Notes: generated from the letters alone by a model not told the origin. A stretch of 64,000 bases of DNA from Bdellovibrionota bacterium (GCA_041740355.1 JBGSMD010000016.1:188936-252935); one strand, 5' to 3'. Positions 41,879 through 53,223 are shown, counted from the stretch's first letter. Translations and numbers: made by a program.

Positions 41879-42982
41879 ATGTCGAGATTTAAATCTTATT
41901 TTCAACTACCAACAGTCAAAAGAATAGAGGCCTTTTGTTTAAGAATCTTACTAGCATTCACACTACTTTACTTCTTTCCAGATAAACTAGATTTGAAATA
42001 TCAATTACATCCAGTTGGTCTTGCTAAGTGGTTTGATTTGACTTGGCTATCAGACCCCTTAGGATTCGCAATAATTAAATTTGTTTTTCTATTTTTTATA
42101 TTTGCTTATGTTAGTGGTTTTAAGCTTCGCATCGTGCTTCCATTTTTAACATTAATCCAAATACTTCCATATACCTTGATGAACTCACAAGGCTATTTTG
42201 GACATAGCTACCAAATACTGTCGATCGTATTAATCTGGATCAGCATTTCCGCAGTTATCACAGAATCAATCAATAAAAAAAATAATCTGGCTGATTGTAA
42301 TTTCTTTCAATTAACTATCCCAATATTAGCAATCTTGATAACAACAATTTTTTTTACCCAATCCCAACGAGTATTTATTCTAATGACAAGCTTATTTCAA
42401 ATATCATTAGATCATAAGCAATTATTATTATCTTATTTTCCTATCTTTCTCATTTTAGCAATAAGTTTAAATAGATTTATTACAATTAAAATAAAAACTT
42501 CAGAGCCATCAGAATTGACAAACTCATGGCAACTGATTGCAGGACAAACTGCAGTAGCGTCCGTCTATTTCATTTCAGTAATTAGTAAAATATATATTAG
42601 TAACTGGCTCTGGCTTGCGAATAGCCCTTTCCTAGCTTTAGATTTTATTAAATCTAATCGGCAAAGCTTTTATTCCTTACTTGATCCAAAATATTTGGAA
42701 GTACCCATTGGTACTTTGTATTTGCTTGAAAATCAAAATATAGCTAGAATTTTTTTTGGTAGTGGTTTACTTCTGGAATTTTCTGTCTTTATTGCTATTG
42801 GGTGTAGAAAACTCTCATTATTATTTGGCATTTTGCTAATTACGATGCATCAGCTAATTAAATATTTAATGACAGTTAATTTTCAAACTAATGAAATCAT
42901 GCTTTTAATCTTCTTTGTGAATCTTCCTTATTGGATACTTCACATTAATCTCGTCAAACCAATTCTTGCAATTAAAAAGTAA
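41879..42982 (+). CDS. Polytopic membrane protein, possibly HTTM-like
   Basis: Many TMs; GH, Y..S..SK...W, E, H pattern. Confidence 0.55.
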   Translation: MSRFKSYFQLPTVKRIEAFCLRILLAFTLLYFFPDKLDLKYQLHPVGLAKWFDLTWLSDPLGFAIIKFVFLFFIFAYVSGFKLRIVLPFLTLIQILPYTLMNSQGYFGHSYQILSIVLIWISISAVITESINKKNNLADCNFFQLTIPILAILITTIFFTQSQRVFILMTSLFQISLDHKQLLLSYFPIFLILAISLNRFITIKIKTSEPSELTNSWQLIAGQTAVASVYFISVISKIYISNWLWLANSPFLALDFIKSNRQSFYSLLDPKYLEVPIGTLYLLENQNIARIFFGSGLLLEFSVFIAIGCRKLSLLFGILLITMHQLIKYLMTVNFQTNEIMLLIFFVNLPYWILHINLVKPILAIKK

Positions 42983-43028
42983 CTAGTTGAAATTCTGGAA
43001 TTAGATCTTATGTCAGAAGATTTTCCCC

Positions 43029-43488
43029 TTCACCTTGTGTTACGCCTCGTGCCAGGCTCACAGCCATTAACTTAAGGGTGTAAATATTAGAAGTGTTTGG
43101 AAAGTTCCAGGCACTTGGTTAAAGCGTTAAAGTCTGGAATATCTTGTGGATTAATGACTCAGAGAAGAAAGTGAATATGATCTCCATTTACGAGAAAGTG
43201 GCTTATTTTTACTTGGTGATGAAGATGAGCTTTAAGTAATGCAGAAGTTATGATGTATTTAACTAGTGGATTAGCAGTTAGCATTATTCCACTCTCTACG
43301 TTTGTAGTTAACATATAGAATAATTATGGAAGATTGTTCTTCTTAGTCTCCCGCAGTTGCTTTTAGGTTCTGCAGGCATTGCTACACTATTAACTATTTC
43401 CATTTATTCGAATTTTAATCTTTTGATTAAGTTTTCGAGGAATGTGAAAATTAGTTGTGTAAAAAGTTAGGGTGACTCCAGAAAAAAA
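43029..43488 (-). repeat. ~460-bp direct repeat copy 1: truncated RAYT 5' end with upstream end site
   Basis: Near-identical to 47359-47819; 1-bp deletion near 43320; encodes the MEIVNS...CGRLRRTIFHN start. Confidence 0.9.
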
Positions 43489-43505
43489 ATTTCAAGAAAA
43501 AAACG

Positions 43506-46500
43506 TTAATCAAAATTAGTTTCAGGTAATTTTAAATCTTTAATAATCTTTAAGAAAGCAGAGATTACTAGTTTCTCTTTGGTGTTGAGCCCATTTTGAA
43601 TTAGGGGATTGGAGATATATTCAGCTAACCTTTGTCTGCCGCTTTGGCTTCGTTCGCTAAAAATTTCCTGAAAATATTCTCCAATACTTAAATTTTTATT
43701 ATCCATCTTTGTGCTGATAATTCGATCTTCTTTTAATTGTACTTTTAGCTTTTCAGGATCTGGAAAACTACCAGAATAAGAAAGGCTAACAACCCTTTCA
43801 AAAACAGCGATAAATGGTTTAACAGCAGGCAGGTTTATAGGTAAATGAAATAATCCTTCAGGATTGAAAGTATTATTATCAAGGTTTAAGGTAGGCTTAT
43901 GACTTTCCACCGAAGCTAATAAATTATCAAACTGGTCTGTCGCACTTTTAATTTTGACATATTTATTATGATTTAACTCTTCCGCGAGAGCTGGTTTTTT
44001 TAGGAATTCGGGCAAGTTACTTGTCTTTACTCCTAAAGTAAAAACTGCACCATTTGGCCAGACAACGAATGTTTCGGCATGTCCATTAACTGAGTGTAAT
44101 ACTCCTGCTTCTGACATAATTCCTGTGGCAACTCCTGCTACCATTCCAAGCTCGCGTAACATCGCACATTGTAATTCAGCAAAATCAATGCACACGCCAG
44201 CAAACATTTTTCCTTTCATTCCAGCGACTTTTTCTGCTCGAAGTTCAATCGCCCGGATCGTTGAGAATTGAAATTTGTTATCGGCACCAAACATTTCTCT
44301 TCTTTCAAATGTTTCACCATTTTTATAATCGTAAAAACATATATCCTCCAGATATTTTTGAACTAAAATTAGATTATCTAGTGGATCACGTCCCGCTTTT
44401 TTCAATTCACTAATAAATATTTTTATCTCTACAGGTAGTTTGACTGACATGGCTAGATAGTTTTCTCGCTCAATTTCAAATCCAGCTAACTGTTGATTTA
44501 AGAAATTATCTGCTTCCTCTTTAGTAATATGATTGGGCACGGGCTTTGCCACCGGAAGATTAATTTTAAAGTTTAACTGCGCGCTATTGGAAATTTGGTA
44601 CTGGATTGAGCCGTTAGGAAGGGGACTTTCGGAAAAGTTTACCTTTGCTTGTCGGGCTGTTGGTACCTTTTTCCCAGTAATTGGATTGGTAGGTATTCGG
44701 GGCTTTGCAACGAGAGAATTCTTTTCGACATAGGCTCCAACTGGCACAGGAATATCAAGTATGGGGTGAAAACCTTTCATCTCAGCTTTTACGCTTTGAA
44801 ATGAACCCTGCGGATTAATCACACTGGGAAGAGTAACTTCTCCCCATCGCCCTTGTGCCAAATGTAAATAATAATTTTGAATATAGAAATCATTTGATTT
44901 GATATTAACACTCATTAAAGGCTTAGCTTCTTTTATAGCTAATGGATCACCGCCCCACATTTTAACACTATGTTCTTTTTTTAGAATCACTTGACCATGG
45001 CGATTAACATGACGAATTTCCTCCTTTGCATATAGCAGTGTTGCCAAAGCTTCAACGTTTTTAGGGCCGCCATTATCCTTGGCAGGCAAATATTCTAACC
45101 AGAGCTCAGCTTCTGAAGGTAAGCTTCGATTAATACGATCAACTAAATGTTCTTGACTGGAACGTAATTCCCTATCGGCTAATCTAGAATCTCCATGATA
45201 GACATTATTAAGTACGTCTTTTACTGATTCCGGAGTAGGATTTGCGAGTACATCCAAAACTTCTAGCTTACCTAAAAGCTCTTGGTCTAGTTTAGATAAT
45301 TTTGAAAAACAAAATGAATGTTTGGTAAGCTTTTTGCCATGTAAAGCAATTATTTCCAGACAATCAGTATCTAAATTATAATTAAAAGAGTTACTTTCTA
45401 AGATATTATTACGATTAATTTCAGCTGGTAGAGGTAAAAGCTGGTTGTTAAATAAAACGCTAAGTTCACACCCAGCGCCTTGAACTATGGCAGCTAATTG
45501 TCCACAACAGCTAAAAATCTCAACAACATGTTTGAAGGCAAGAAGAGATTCAGACACTAATTTTCCATCACAGACTATTTTGGATCCAGTCTGATCAAGT
45601 AAGCTGTAGGCAATTTTACCACCTATATCTGTAAGGTGAGAAATACTATGCTTTCCTTCTGATTTCACAGGAACTTCAATAATTTCATCCCCATGAACAA
45701 TTTTAGAATTTTCATAGAATGGTATTGACTTCTGTGGCATACTACTAAATATCCCTGTTAATTTACCATTTACAATTGTTAATAGTCTCACACTATAAAA
45801 ATACGGCTCGATCGCTTTTGGAATTGCTTGCATTTGGCCATCAACAAATAAAAACGGTTTTTGACGATACATGCCACTGGCAAAAGCTTTACCATTTAGA
45901 AATCCATAATCCATTATTTGGTGGGATTGTTGATCAAGATATGGCAGTTGAAAAGACTGGGTATTTTTAATTAATCTTGTAATTGTGGAAAATGGATCAT
46001 ATAAATGATATAGAACATCTACCCCATTAAAGAGAGTAACATAAGCATTACGTTCCGTTGATTGCAAATCTGCCAGAATATTTTCCTTGCCATCTAGAAA
46101 GTACTTTCCAGGTGAAGTAAAGACCACTATCTTACCTTGATAGTAATTAATAGTTGCAGTACTAAAATGTTTAATTTTACCTTGCAAAGGAAGATTTTCT
46201 TCAGAAACTTTTTGTAGTTCATATTTAAAATTACCATCTGGAGTAAGTATAAAATCATATCCTGTTAAATCTTCTGGTAAACGTTCTCTTTCTCTCTCGC
46301 TCAAGGAATTAATGCGTTCAGCCCTTAAAGTTTGATTGCCAATAACTCTTTCTTTTAGGACATAATTATCAACTTCTGTCCTAATAAGCTCATAACAACT
46401 AGCAGCTAATTCGCTGTGAATCTCGCCCAAGAGTTCAATCATTGCTCCTTGTTTCCATGCTTTAGACACTAGTGGATCTAATTTAGCTTGAATCATATGT

Positions 46501-47147
46501 CCTGCCGATGCAGATTCATTTTGTTGATAAGAGGCATCTAATCTTCTTAGGAATTTCTCTGCATTACTTTGTTCTTGTAGTGTAAGATTTGTATCTGCTA
46601 ATTGGAACTCACGTTTTGCAAGAAAAACTTTATAATAATCACAAATTAGTTTACTAGCTTGCTTGCCAAGAGTAGAAGCTTTTTGTTCATATTCAGCTCC
46701 ATCTTTGATCCATTGAGCTAAATCTACATAATTAATCAAAGCTATATATACTTTAGATTTCACATCACGAATGAAATTGCTGGAGTTACTGCGATTTGTT
46801 TCAAATATTCTCCGGGATAATTGAAGATGACTTTCGGGATCTCGACTAATTACTTCTGGAGCGGTCAGTGCTAACACAATTTCTTCAGAAGTTAATTTAA
46901 AAGTATAAAGTCCTAATGCGATAGCATCAGCTAGAGAATGTTTAGCTACCTCTGTCACTATTTGCGAGGAAGCTTTGCTGCTTTTAGCGAGTGATTTTAA
47001 ACCGACACTCAAAGCTTCAAAAGTTGGTAGTGCAACATGATCAGTTGCTAACTTAGCTGGTGAAATATGAGAACTGGATAACAAATCCATGCCAACTGTA
47101 GAAGTCTCCTGGGCATTCCGATTTGCAATGATTATTCCACCTTTCAT
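43506..47147 (-). CDS. 1213-aa protein with C-terminal transglutaminase-like domain
   Basis: GVCIDFA...LRELG...ATG...HA; central beta-rich repeats. Confidence 0.65.
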   Translation of the reverse strand: MKGGIIIANRNAQETSTVGMDLLSSSHISPAKLATDHVALPTFEALSVGLKSLAKSSKASSQIVTEVAKHSLADAIALGLYTFKLTSEEIVLALTAPEVISRDPESHLQLSRRIFETNRSNSSNFIRDVKSKVYIALINYVDLAQWIKDGAEYEQKASTLGKQASKLICDYYKVFLAKREFQLADTNLTLQEQSNAEKFLRRLDASYQQNESASAGHMIQAKLDPLVSKAWKQGAMIELLGEIHSELAASCYELIRTEVDNYVLKERVIGNQTLRAERINSLSERERERLPEDLTGYDFILTPDGNFKYELQKVSEENLPLQGKIKHFSTATINYYQGKIVVFTSPGKYFLDGKENILADLQSTERNAYVTLFNGVDVLYHLYDPFSTITRLIKNTQSFQLPYLDQQSHQIMDYGFLNGKAFASGMYRQKPFLFVDGQMQAIPKAIEPYFYSVRLLTIVNGKLTGIFSSMPQKSIPFYENSKIVHGDEIIEVPVKSEGKHSISHLTDIGGKIAYSLLDQTGSKIVCDGKLVSESLLAFKHVVEIFSCCGQLAAIVQGAGCELSVLFNNQLLPLPAEINRNNILESNSFNYNLDTDCLEIIALHGKKLTKHSFCFSKLSKLDQELLGKLEVLDVLANPTPESVKDVLNNVYHGDSRLADRELRSSQEHLVDRINRSLPSEAELWLEYLPAKDNGGPKNVEALATLLYAKEEIRHVNRHGQVILKKEHSVKMWGGDPLAIKEAKPLMSVNIKSNDFYIQNYYLHLAQGRWGEVTLPSVINPQGSFQSVKAEMKGFHPILDIPVPVGAYVEKNSLVAKPRIPTNPITGKKVPTARQAKVNFSESPLPNGSIQYQISNSAQLNFKINLPVAKPVPNHITKEEADNFLNQQLAGFEIERENYLAMSVKLPVEIKIFISELKKAGRDPLDNLILVQKYLEDICFYDYKNGETFERREMFGADNKFQFSTIRAIELRAEKVAGMKGKMFAGVCIDFAELQCAMLRELGMVAGVATGIMSEAGVLHSVNGHAETFVVWPNGAVFTLGVKTSNLPEFLKKPALAEELNHNKYVKIKSATDQFDNLLASVESHKPTLNLDNNTFNPEGLFHLPINLPAVKPFIAVFERVVSLSYSGSFPDPEKLKVQLKEDRIISTKMDNKNLSIGEYFQEIFSERSQSGRQRLAEYISNPLIQNGLNTKEKLVISAFLKIIKDLKLPETNFD

Positions 47148-47358
47148 TATTAATTAATCGTTTGATTGATGGAAATTCATAAGTTAAATTTTGGGTCTAT
47201 AAGGAGGAAAAAGCTTGTTTTTCTTGGATTGCTACTATGAGGCATAGAAATAAAGTACTTTCCTATCGTTTAACTTGACTATGAGCGTTTAGTTGAGAGG
47301 AAGTTCATCTTGTGCCAGGCAACTTTTTCTAGGTCTAGTTTACTCCGAGTCAATATTA

Positions 47359-47819
47359 TTCACCTTGCGTTACGCCTCATGACAGGCTCACAGCCATTGA
47401 CTTAAGGGTGTAAATATTAGAAGTGTTTGGAAAGTTCCAGGCACTTGGTTAAAGCGTTAAAGTCTGGAATATCTTGTGGATTAATGACTCAGAGAAGAAA
47501 GTGCATATGAGCTCCATTTACGAGAAAGTGGCTTATTTTTACTTGGTGATGAAGATGAGCTTTAAGTAATGCAGAAGTTATGATGTATTTAACTAGTGGA
47601 TTAGCAGTTAGCATTATTCCACTCTCTACGTTTGTAGTTAGCATATAGACATAATTATGGAAGATTGTTCTTCTTAGTCTACCGCAGTTGCTTTTAGGTT
47701 CTGCAGGCATTGCTACACTATTAACTATTTCCATTTATTCGAATTTTAATCTTTTGATTAAGTTTTCGAGGAATGTGAAAATTAGTTGTGTAAAATGTTA
47801 GCTTGGCTCAAGAAAAAAG
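47359..47819 (-). repeat. ~460-bp direct repeat copy 2: truncated RAYT pseudogene (ORF 47489-47734)
   Basis: Aligns to N-terminus of 60455-61480 including HxH (AHMH); premature TGA. Confidence 0.9.
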
Positions 47820-47824
47820 AAAAA

Positions 47825-47872
47825 AATACAGGAATTTAATCTAATTTTGTTTAAGTTCTCTACATAGCAACT
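47825..47872 (-). mobile_element. IS110 left-end stub
   Basis: One mismatch to 63045-63092. Confidence 0.9.
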
Positions 47873-47889
47873 CAAGAAAAAGAATTAAA

Positions 47890-48480
47890 TTAGTGTGCTG
47901 TTACTGCCCAAGTTCCACGGCTAATGGAGAACCCGCCGTTGTTGCTCTGAAAAACGTAACCAAATCCATATTTATTCCCAGTTGCAGATCCAGTTAGAGG
48001 TGAAAAAATTTCGGCATTGATTCGACCAACCCCGGCTGCCTCATAAAGACATAAATTTCCTGGAAGTGCTGATGGTGCTGTTGCGGATCCGGGACATTGA
48101 GATGGTGCATTAGATCCACTAAGAATTAAGTGTATTGCAGGTGCAGAGCTAAGTGCTGCTCCGAAGGAATAAGTACTAGCTATATAAGCTCCGTTGTCAT
48201 CTAATACATATTCACCAAAGGTACCAGTAAGTGTTTGACCGGAAGGTAGAATAGAAGAAAAACCACCTGGTGCACCTGCAGGACCTTGAGGGCCGCTCAG
48301 AGATGCCGTATCTACAATTGCCTTAAAACCCCTAGGGCAATTTTGACCAGTCAAAACTGTTTTCACGGTCTGAGCAATTTTACCATTTTTTTTAAGGACA
48401 GACTTTAAGCAAACAATGTCTGCTTTAACTATGTTGGTTGAAAGAAGGCAAATAAGGAATAGCAGTTTATAAATACGCAT
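47890..48480 (-). CDS. Secreted protein with short collagen-like linker
   Basis: Likely start MRIYK (48480); signal peptide, GPQGPAGAPGG. Confidence 0.75.
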   Translation of the reverse strand: MRIYKLLFLICLLSTNIVKADIVCLKSVLKKNGKIAQTVKTVLTGQNCPRGFKAIVDTASLSGPQGPAGAPGGFSSILPSGQTLTGTFGEYVLDDNGAYIASTYSFGAALSSAPAIHLILSGSNAPSQCPGSATAPSALPGNLCLYEAAGVGRINAEIFSPLTGSATGNKYGFGYVFQSNNGGFSISRGTWAVTAH

Positions 48481-48626
48481 TTTTATTTTATCAATTAAAT
48501 TTACAAGTGAAGTGAAATTATTGAGTATGTCCCATATTGCGCTAGAATTTGGTGAACCCTGTGTTAATATACTCATGAAGCAGCCAAAGTTTCAATCGTT
48601 ATTTTTCCCTTTCCCCTTTTCCCTTG

Positions 48627-48657
48627 AGTGCTATCTGGAGAACGTAAACAAAATTAA
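48627..48657 (+). mobile_element. Degenerate IS110 left-end stub
   Basis: AGT-GCTATCTGGAGAACGTAAACAAAATTA vs AGTTGCTATGTAGAGAACTTAAACAAAA; preceded by CCCTTG. Confidence 0.7.
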
Positions 48658-48925
48658 GGTTAATGAGTCGGTATCAGGGGGCATTTGAATTTTATCATTT
48701 CGTAATGCTTAATAGCTCTAGAGACATAATTGAGGATTTGTTTGATTTGTTGCTAGGTTTATAAATTTTTTTGATTAAGACATCTGCATATTTTTTTGGT
48801 TACAACAGCTTAAAGGACATGTTTGTTTAGCAATCATAATTAATATAAAATCCAAATTAGCTTTAATACTTTAAGCATCTTAGCAAGATTTTCTTCTAAC
48901 AATATCTCTATTTCACTAAACCACT

Positions 48926-49921
48926 ATGTTAGCATTAGCCCCTAAGCCTCAAACATCTTTTGCAAAGATTGAAAACATTGTTTCATTAAACCGCGCATTT
49001 GATGACACTAGGTATTCTCCTAATAAACACAACTCCATTTTACTCCTACCACCTGAGGGAGCCTGTAAGTTTATTTATGCAAAAGATATTTATGATAATC
49101 ATTATGTGTGTGCCTTGCCGAGAGAGCTTGCTAACTTTCATAGAAATATTAAAAATTGGTTAGAACATAGATTACTTAGAGGGTTAAAGGTTGAGGGAGG
49201 GGGCTATGTTGAGGTTACAGCCGATGGTAAAGTTACTTTATCTGGAAGTTCAAAAGATTATGGACAAGCTAATTTCTCTAATGTAATTCACACCCTACAC
49301 ACAACTCACCCCACTCTTGTAATTACTAACTCTCAGCATCCAAAGATCGAACAATCTGCTTCTGACTCTAATGTCCTACCAGTGATGACATATTTACCTC
49401 CAAGACATCAATATAAGACTATTACAATTAGTAATGACTTTTTAGCTAAAGCTATTCTTCGAGCAGAAAGATTTTTTAAATCCAACCATAGTGGACTAGA
49501 TTGGATTAAAGAAGATATGGGAGAGTTACAAGAGTTAAATCGAATGATGAAAATTTCTCATCTTCAAAACTTATCTGGCTTAGATTTACAAGCTGAAGCT
49601 GACCGAAGATATCTATCAATTGATCGTAAAATCGCAGAATTGTCCTCCTATGAAAATGATTCTGTAAGTGCGCGTCAAGGTATACTACCTAAAGTGGTTG
49701 GCTTCACCCATATTGGGGAAGGGTTTGTCGAATCTCAGATAGATAAACTTCGCATTAAATCAGGAGTGTGGTTTGGAATTAGCCATGATGCAAAGCAACA
49801 TCCAGAAGCTCCTTTGCGTCTTCTTGTTGCGAAAAGAATTGTAGCTTTAAAAAATGAATTAAAACATGAAGCAAGCGCCTCTTTGGAAATCTTAAGGGAT
49901 CGGCTTTGGGGAGAGTCTTAA
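48926..49921 (+). CDS. Protein with N-terminal Janus/Ocnus (PHPT1)-like domain
   Basis: G..KFI...FHRNI...GGGYV...LSGSSKDYGQA. Confidence 0.55.
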   Translation: MLALAPKPQTSFAKIENIVSLNRAFDDTRYSPNKHNSILLLPPEGACKFIYAKDIYDNHYVCALPRELANFHRNIKNWLEHRLLRGLKVEGGGYVEVTADGKVTLSGSSKDYGQANFSNVIHTLHTTHPTLVITNSQHPKIEQSASDSNVLPVMTYLPPRHQYKTITISNDFLAKAILRAERFFKSNHSGLDWIKEDMGELQELNRMMKISHLQNLSGLDLQAEADRRYLSIDRKIAELSSYENDSVSARQGILPKVVGFTHIGEGFVESQIDKLRIKSGVWFGISHDAKQHPEAPLRLLVAKRIVALKNELKHEASASLEILRDRLWGES

Positions 49922-50291
49922 AATAAGCTAAACTTCTTAATCTTGTGACACCCAAGTTTATTCTCTCACCCCCCGATACTAATCTAAACTACTTTTAGAT
50001 TACTTTTAGCGCCAGCTAACTTTTCTTTGCGCAAGTTGATCAAACTTTCTACACTCCTGCTGAATATTTCTACAGAGCATGATAAATCATAACTTTAAAA
50101 GCTTTCTTTTTAGTTAGAAAGTTGCCTGGCTATAGATAAAACTTAAAGTTTAAAATAGCGCTGATGAGTTTGAGCTGATTGCTGACATGAAGTAATACTT
50201 AAAACTGAGTTCGACTTAAATTAAGACAGTTATTAGGCTAAACTTTTTTGAAATTCCCTAATTAAAAGTATTGTTTTATTACTATTATCTT

Positions 50292-51257
50292 ATGAAAAAA
50301 ATATTAGTTGCTGGGGCTGGCGGTTTTATCGGGGGACACTTAGTAAATGCTTTAATTAAAAAAGGACTTACTGTTGTTGCCGTTGATATCAAGCCAATTG
50401 AGAAATGGTATCAGTTGGACCCAAAAGTTGAAAATCTTGTGCTAGACTTAAGAGATGAAAGAAATTGTTTTAATGTTACTAAAGAGATTGATGAGGTTTA
50501 TAATCTAGCATGTGATATGGGAGGCATGGGTTTTATTGAAAATAATAAATCTCTTTGTATGCTCTCAGTCTTAATAAATACTAATTTACTTAGAGCATGT
50601 AAGGAATATGAAATTAAAGATTATTTTTTTGCCTCTTCTGCTTGTGTATATCCTATATCTCAACAGAACAACTCAGATGTAACAGCACTGAAAGAAGCTG
50701 ATGCATACCCGGCAAATCCAGAAGATGGCTATGGTTGGGAAAAACTTTTTAGTGAGAGGATGTGTAAGAATTTTAATCAAGACTTCGGAATAAGAACTAG
50801 AGTCGCTAGGTTTCATAATGTTTATGGACCTAATGGAACCTACGAAGGTGGAAGAGAAAAAGCTCCTGCTGCATTAATACGGAAAGTTCTAGAAGCAATA
50901 AGAAATGACGTAGATGAAATCAAAGTTTGGGGTGATGGCGAGCAGACTAGAAGTTTTATGTATATAGATGACTGTATCGATGGGATCTTAAAGCTAAGAG
51001 ATTCAAAATTCTATGACCCAATTAACCTAGGTAGAAGTGATCTTGTTTCTATTAACGAGTTACTAAGTCTGATTGAAGATATTGCTGGAGTAAGTTTAAA
51101 GAGAAGTTATAAATTAGATGCACCGCTTGGAGTTCGTGGTAGAAACAGCGATAATACTTTAATTAAAGAAGTACTATCTTGGGAACCTTCTATTTCTTTA
51201 AAAGATGGGATCAGCAAAACATATCTTTGGATAAAAGAACAGATGGACAAACAATAG
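50292..51257 (+). CDS. NAD-dependent epimerase, GDP-mannose 3,5-epimerase-like
   Basis: GAGGFIG, LACDMGGMGFI, YGWEK, GGREKAPAA, GVRGRNSDN. Confidence 0.9.
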   Translation: MKKILVAGAGGFIGGHLVNALIKKGLTVVAVDIKPIEKWYQLDPKVENLVLDLRDERNCFNVTKEIDEVYNLACDMGGMGFIENNKSLCMLSVLINTNLLRACKEYEIKDYFFASSACVYPISQQNNSDVTALKEADAYPANPEDGYGWEKLFSERMCKNFNQDFGIRTRVARFHNVYGPNGTYEGGREKAPAALIRKVLEAIRNDVDEIKVWGDGEQTRSFMYIDDCIDGILKLRDSKFYDPINLGRSDLVSINELLSLIEDIAGVSLKRSYKLDAPLGVRGRNSDNTLIKEVLSWEPSISLKDGISKTYLWIKEQMDKQ

Positions 51258-51382
51258 GAAGGTGCAAATTCTTTAAATAGTAAGCAAAAATTTAATGGAA
51301 GCAAAAGAGCCAATTCCTTAATTAAGAAAAATAACATGATATCTAAAAGGACTTTAGGTTTAGAAATTCTCGTTGAGATCAT

Positions 51383-52963
51383 ATGAATATATTAGAATTA
51401 GAACAGCCTGATTGTGAAATTCCCGCGAATACTTTTATTCTTGCAAAAAACTGGGATCGGCTTGGGGGGCGTGTTCATGCAATCTTAAATGGATATCTAA
51501 TTTCAAAAATATTAGATTTGGAATTTCGGTTTATCTGGCCATACGAGGAACGTTGCCCAGAGGTCTTTGATCAGATTAAGATATTTTCTACAAAATTTGT
51601 CCAAGAACACAGAGTTTACGAGAATCAATTGCAAGATTGGGAGCAAGAGTTCTTACCAATAGCTTGCAAACAAAGTAGCCAAGAATATAGAGTCCTTGTT
51701 TCCAACTCAGTAAACAGGCACTACTTGCGTTACTCAGATTTTTTTAAAGTTCCACAATTCTCTGACATTGATACATATGCCTTGTTTATGCAATGTTCAT
51801 CAGAAATATTTTCAAAAGAGTTTTTAGAAATAGATCGACAAGTTTGTAATAGCTTGCAAGAACTGGATATTCAAACTGTCTTTCATCTTAGGTATGGTGA
51901 TATTTTAAATGGTTCTTTTCGACATTATCCAGATCCATCTAAATACTTACCTTACTGTGTAGTCTTTAAGATGTTATCTCAAATGGAATCTAATAAAAAA
52001 GTTGTACTGATTTCCGATACTTCTGAGATTTCTAGATGCTTAAGTAATTTAGATAATCGATATTATACCTCAGATGAAATTGGAATTCCTAAAGATAGTG
52101 ATGAATTTCAATCGACAATTCGTGATTTATTAATCATGAAGCATTGCCAGAGTATCTTTGCCGTTTCATTAAGTGCATTCTCGCAGTTAGGAACTCATCT
52201 TGGGGGGCAAGAAGTTAAAACTATTTCAATAGCTAAGGAGATACAAAATATTAATGAATTTTTAGGATGGATGGAAAGTAAGAACTTCTATGAAAATATT
52301 CCAACAGACTTAGTCGGAAATTTATTCGCACGGGACATTACACAACTTATGAATACGCATTCAAAGTTTCTAAGTCTTAATAAATGGTTTAAAATTGCCT
52401 CCAAGTCTGTTTTAGCTGATCCCGAATACGTTATTGGTGCTGCGCAACTTGCCCTGGTCTATTCATTTAAAGGGCAATTTTCCATTGCTATTAGTAAATT
52501 AACTCAAGTAAAAAAATATGCAGAAGAAGCTAGAAGAACTCATGAAGACCCACTGGTATATTTAGGAGTTATAGAATTCTTTTGTTTATATATGGAAATT
52601 ATTAAAGGAATTAAAAAGGGAAATCCGAGTTCTAGTAGATTATTATTTACTAAATGTGTTTCTTTAATAGCTTCTTTAAAGAAGCTTGACCCATTTCAAA
52701 TTCAACTATCAGATTTGATTGTTCCATTAGAGGAAAGCTTGGTTGTTTTAGACTCAGAGTTAGCCTTTCTGGAATCCAAAACTAATTTTGAATTAAGGGT
52801 ATTCTCTCTAAAACATAATCAAATAATCAGAACAATTTTTCAAAAGAAAATAAAGTATTTATCTGCCGATAAAGTGTTTTCACTTTATTATTCTAAAAGT
52901 AGAAAAGAGGACCTGTTATCAATTTTAACAGATACATTAACTAGATTAAGTAAATCTTTTTAG
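51383..52963 (+). CDS. Putative fucosyltransferase-like (GT-B) protein
   Basis: DRLGGR, HLRYGD, ISD, SAFS motifs; next to GDP-sugar epimerase. Confidence 0.55.
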   Translation: MNILELEQPDCEIPANTFILAKNWDRLGGRVHAILNGYLISKILDLEFRFIWPYEERCPEVFDQIKIFSTKFVQEHRVYENQLQDWEQEFLPIACKQSSQEYRVLVSNSVNRHYLRYSDFFKVPQFSDIDTYALFMQCSSEIFSKEFLEIDRQVCNSLQELDIQTVFHLRYGDILNGSFRHYPDPSKYLPYCVVFKMLSQMESNKKVVLISDTSEISRCLSNLDNRYYTSDEIGIPKDSDEFQSTIRDLLIMKHCQSIFAVSLSAFSQLGTHLGGQEVKTISIAKEIQNINEFLGWMESKNFYENIPTDLVGNLFARDITQLMNTHSKFLSLNKWFKIASKSVLADPEYVIGAAQLALVYSFKGQFSIAISKLTQVKKYAEEARRTHEDPLVYLGVIEFFCLYMEIIKGIKKGNPSSSRLLFTKCVSLIASLKKLDPFQIQLSDLIVPLEESLVVLDSELAFLESKTNFELRVFSLKHNQIIRTIFQKKIKYLSADKVFSLYYSKSRKEDLLSILTDTLTRLSKSF

Positions 52964-53223
52964 TTTTTTCTTTTTTTCTTTTTTTTGGCTCAAGATGAAG
53001 ATGAAAAATCGGTCTTGCCCCTTAAATTTATGATTTGAGTCTATGGATCTCAGTTTAGAGATCTATCCACCCTTCCACATATTTATCATTCCGATCAATT
53101 TAAAGAATTCGCGACGAAAGACTCGCGAGCCTGATTAGCGGAACAGCTAGTATTAAAGTCACTTCTTTAACAGGGTAACCCCCTGATTATATAAGAGTTT
53201 ATATCAAATGATTTTATGAACAT

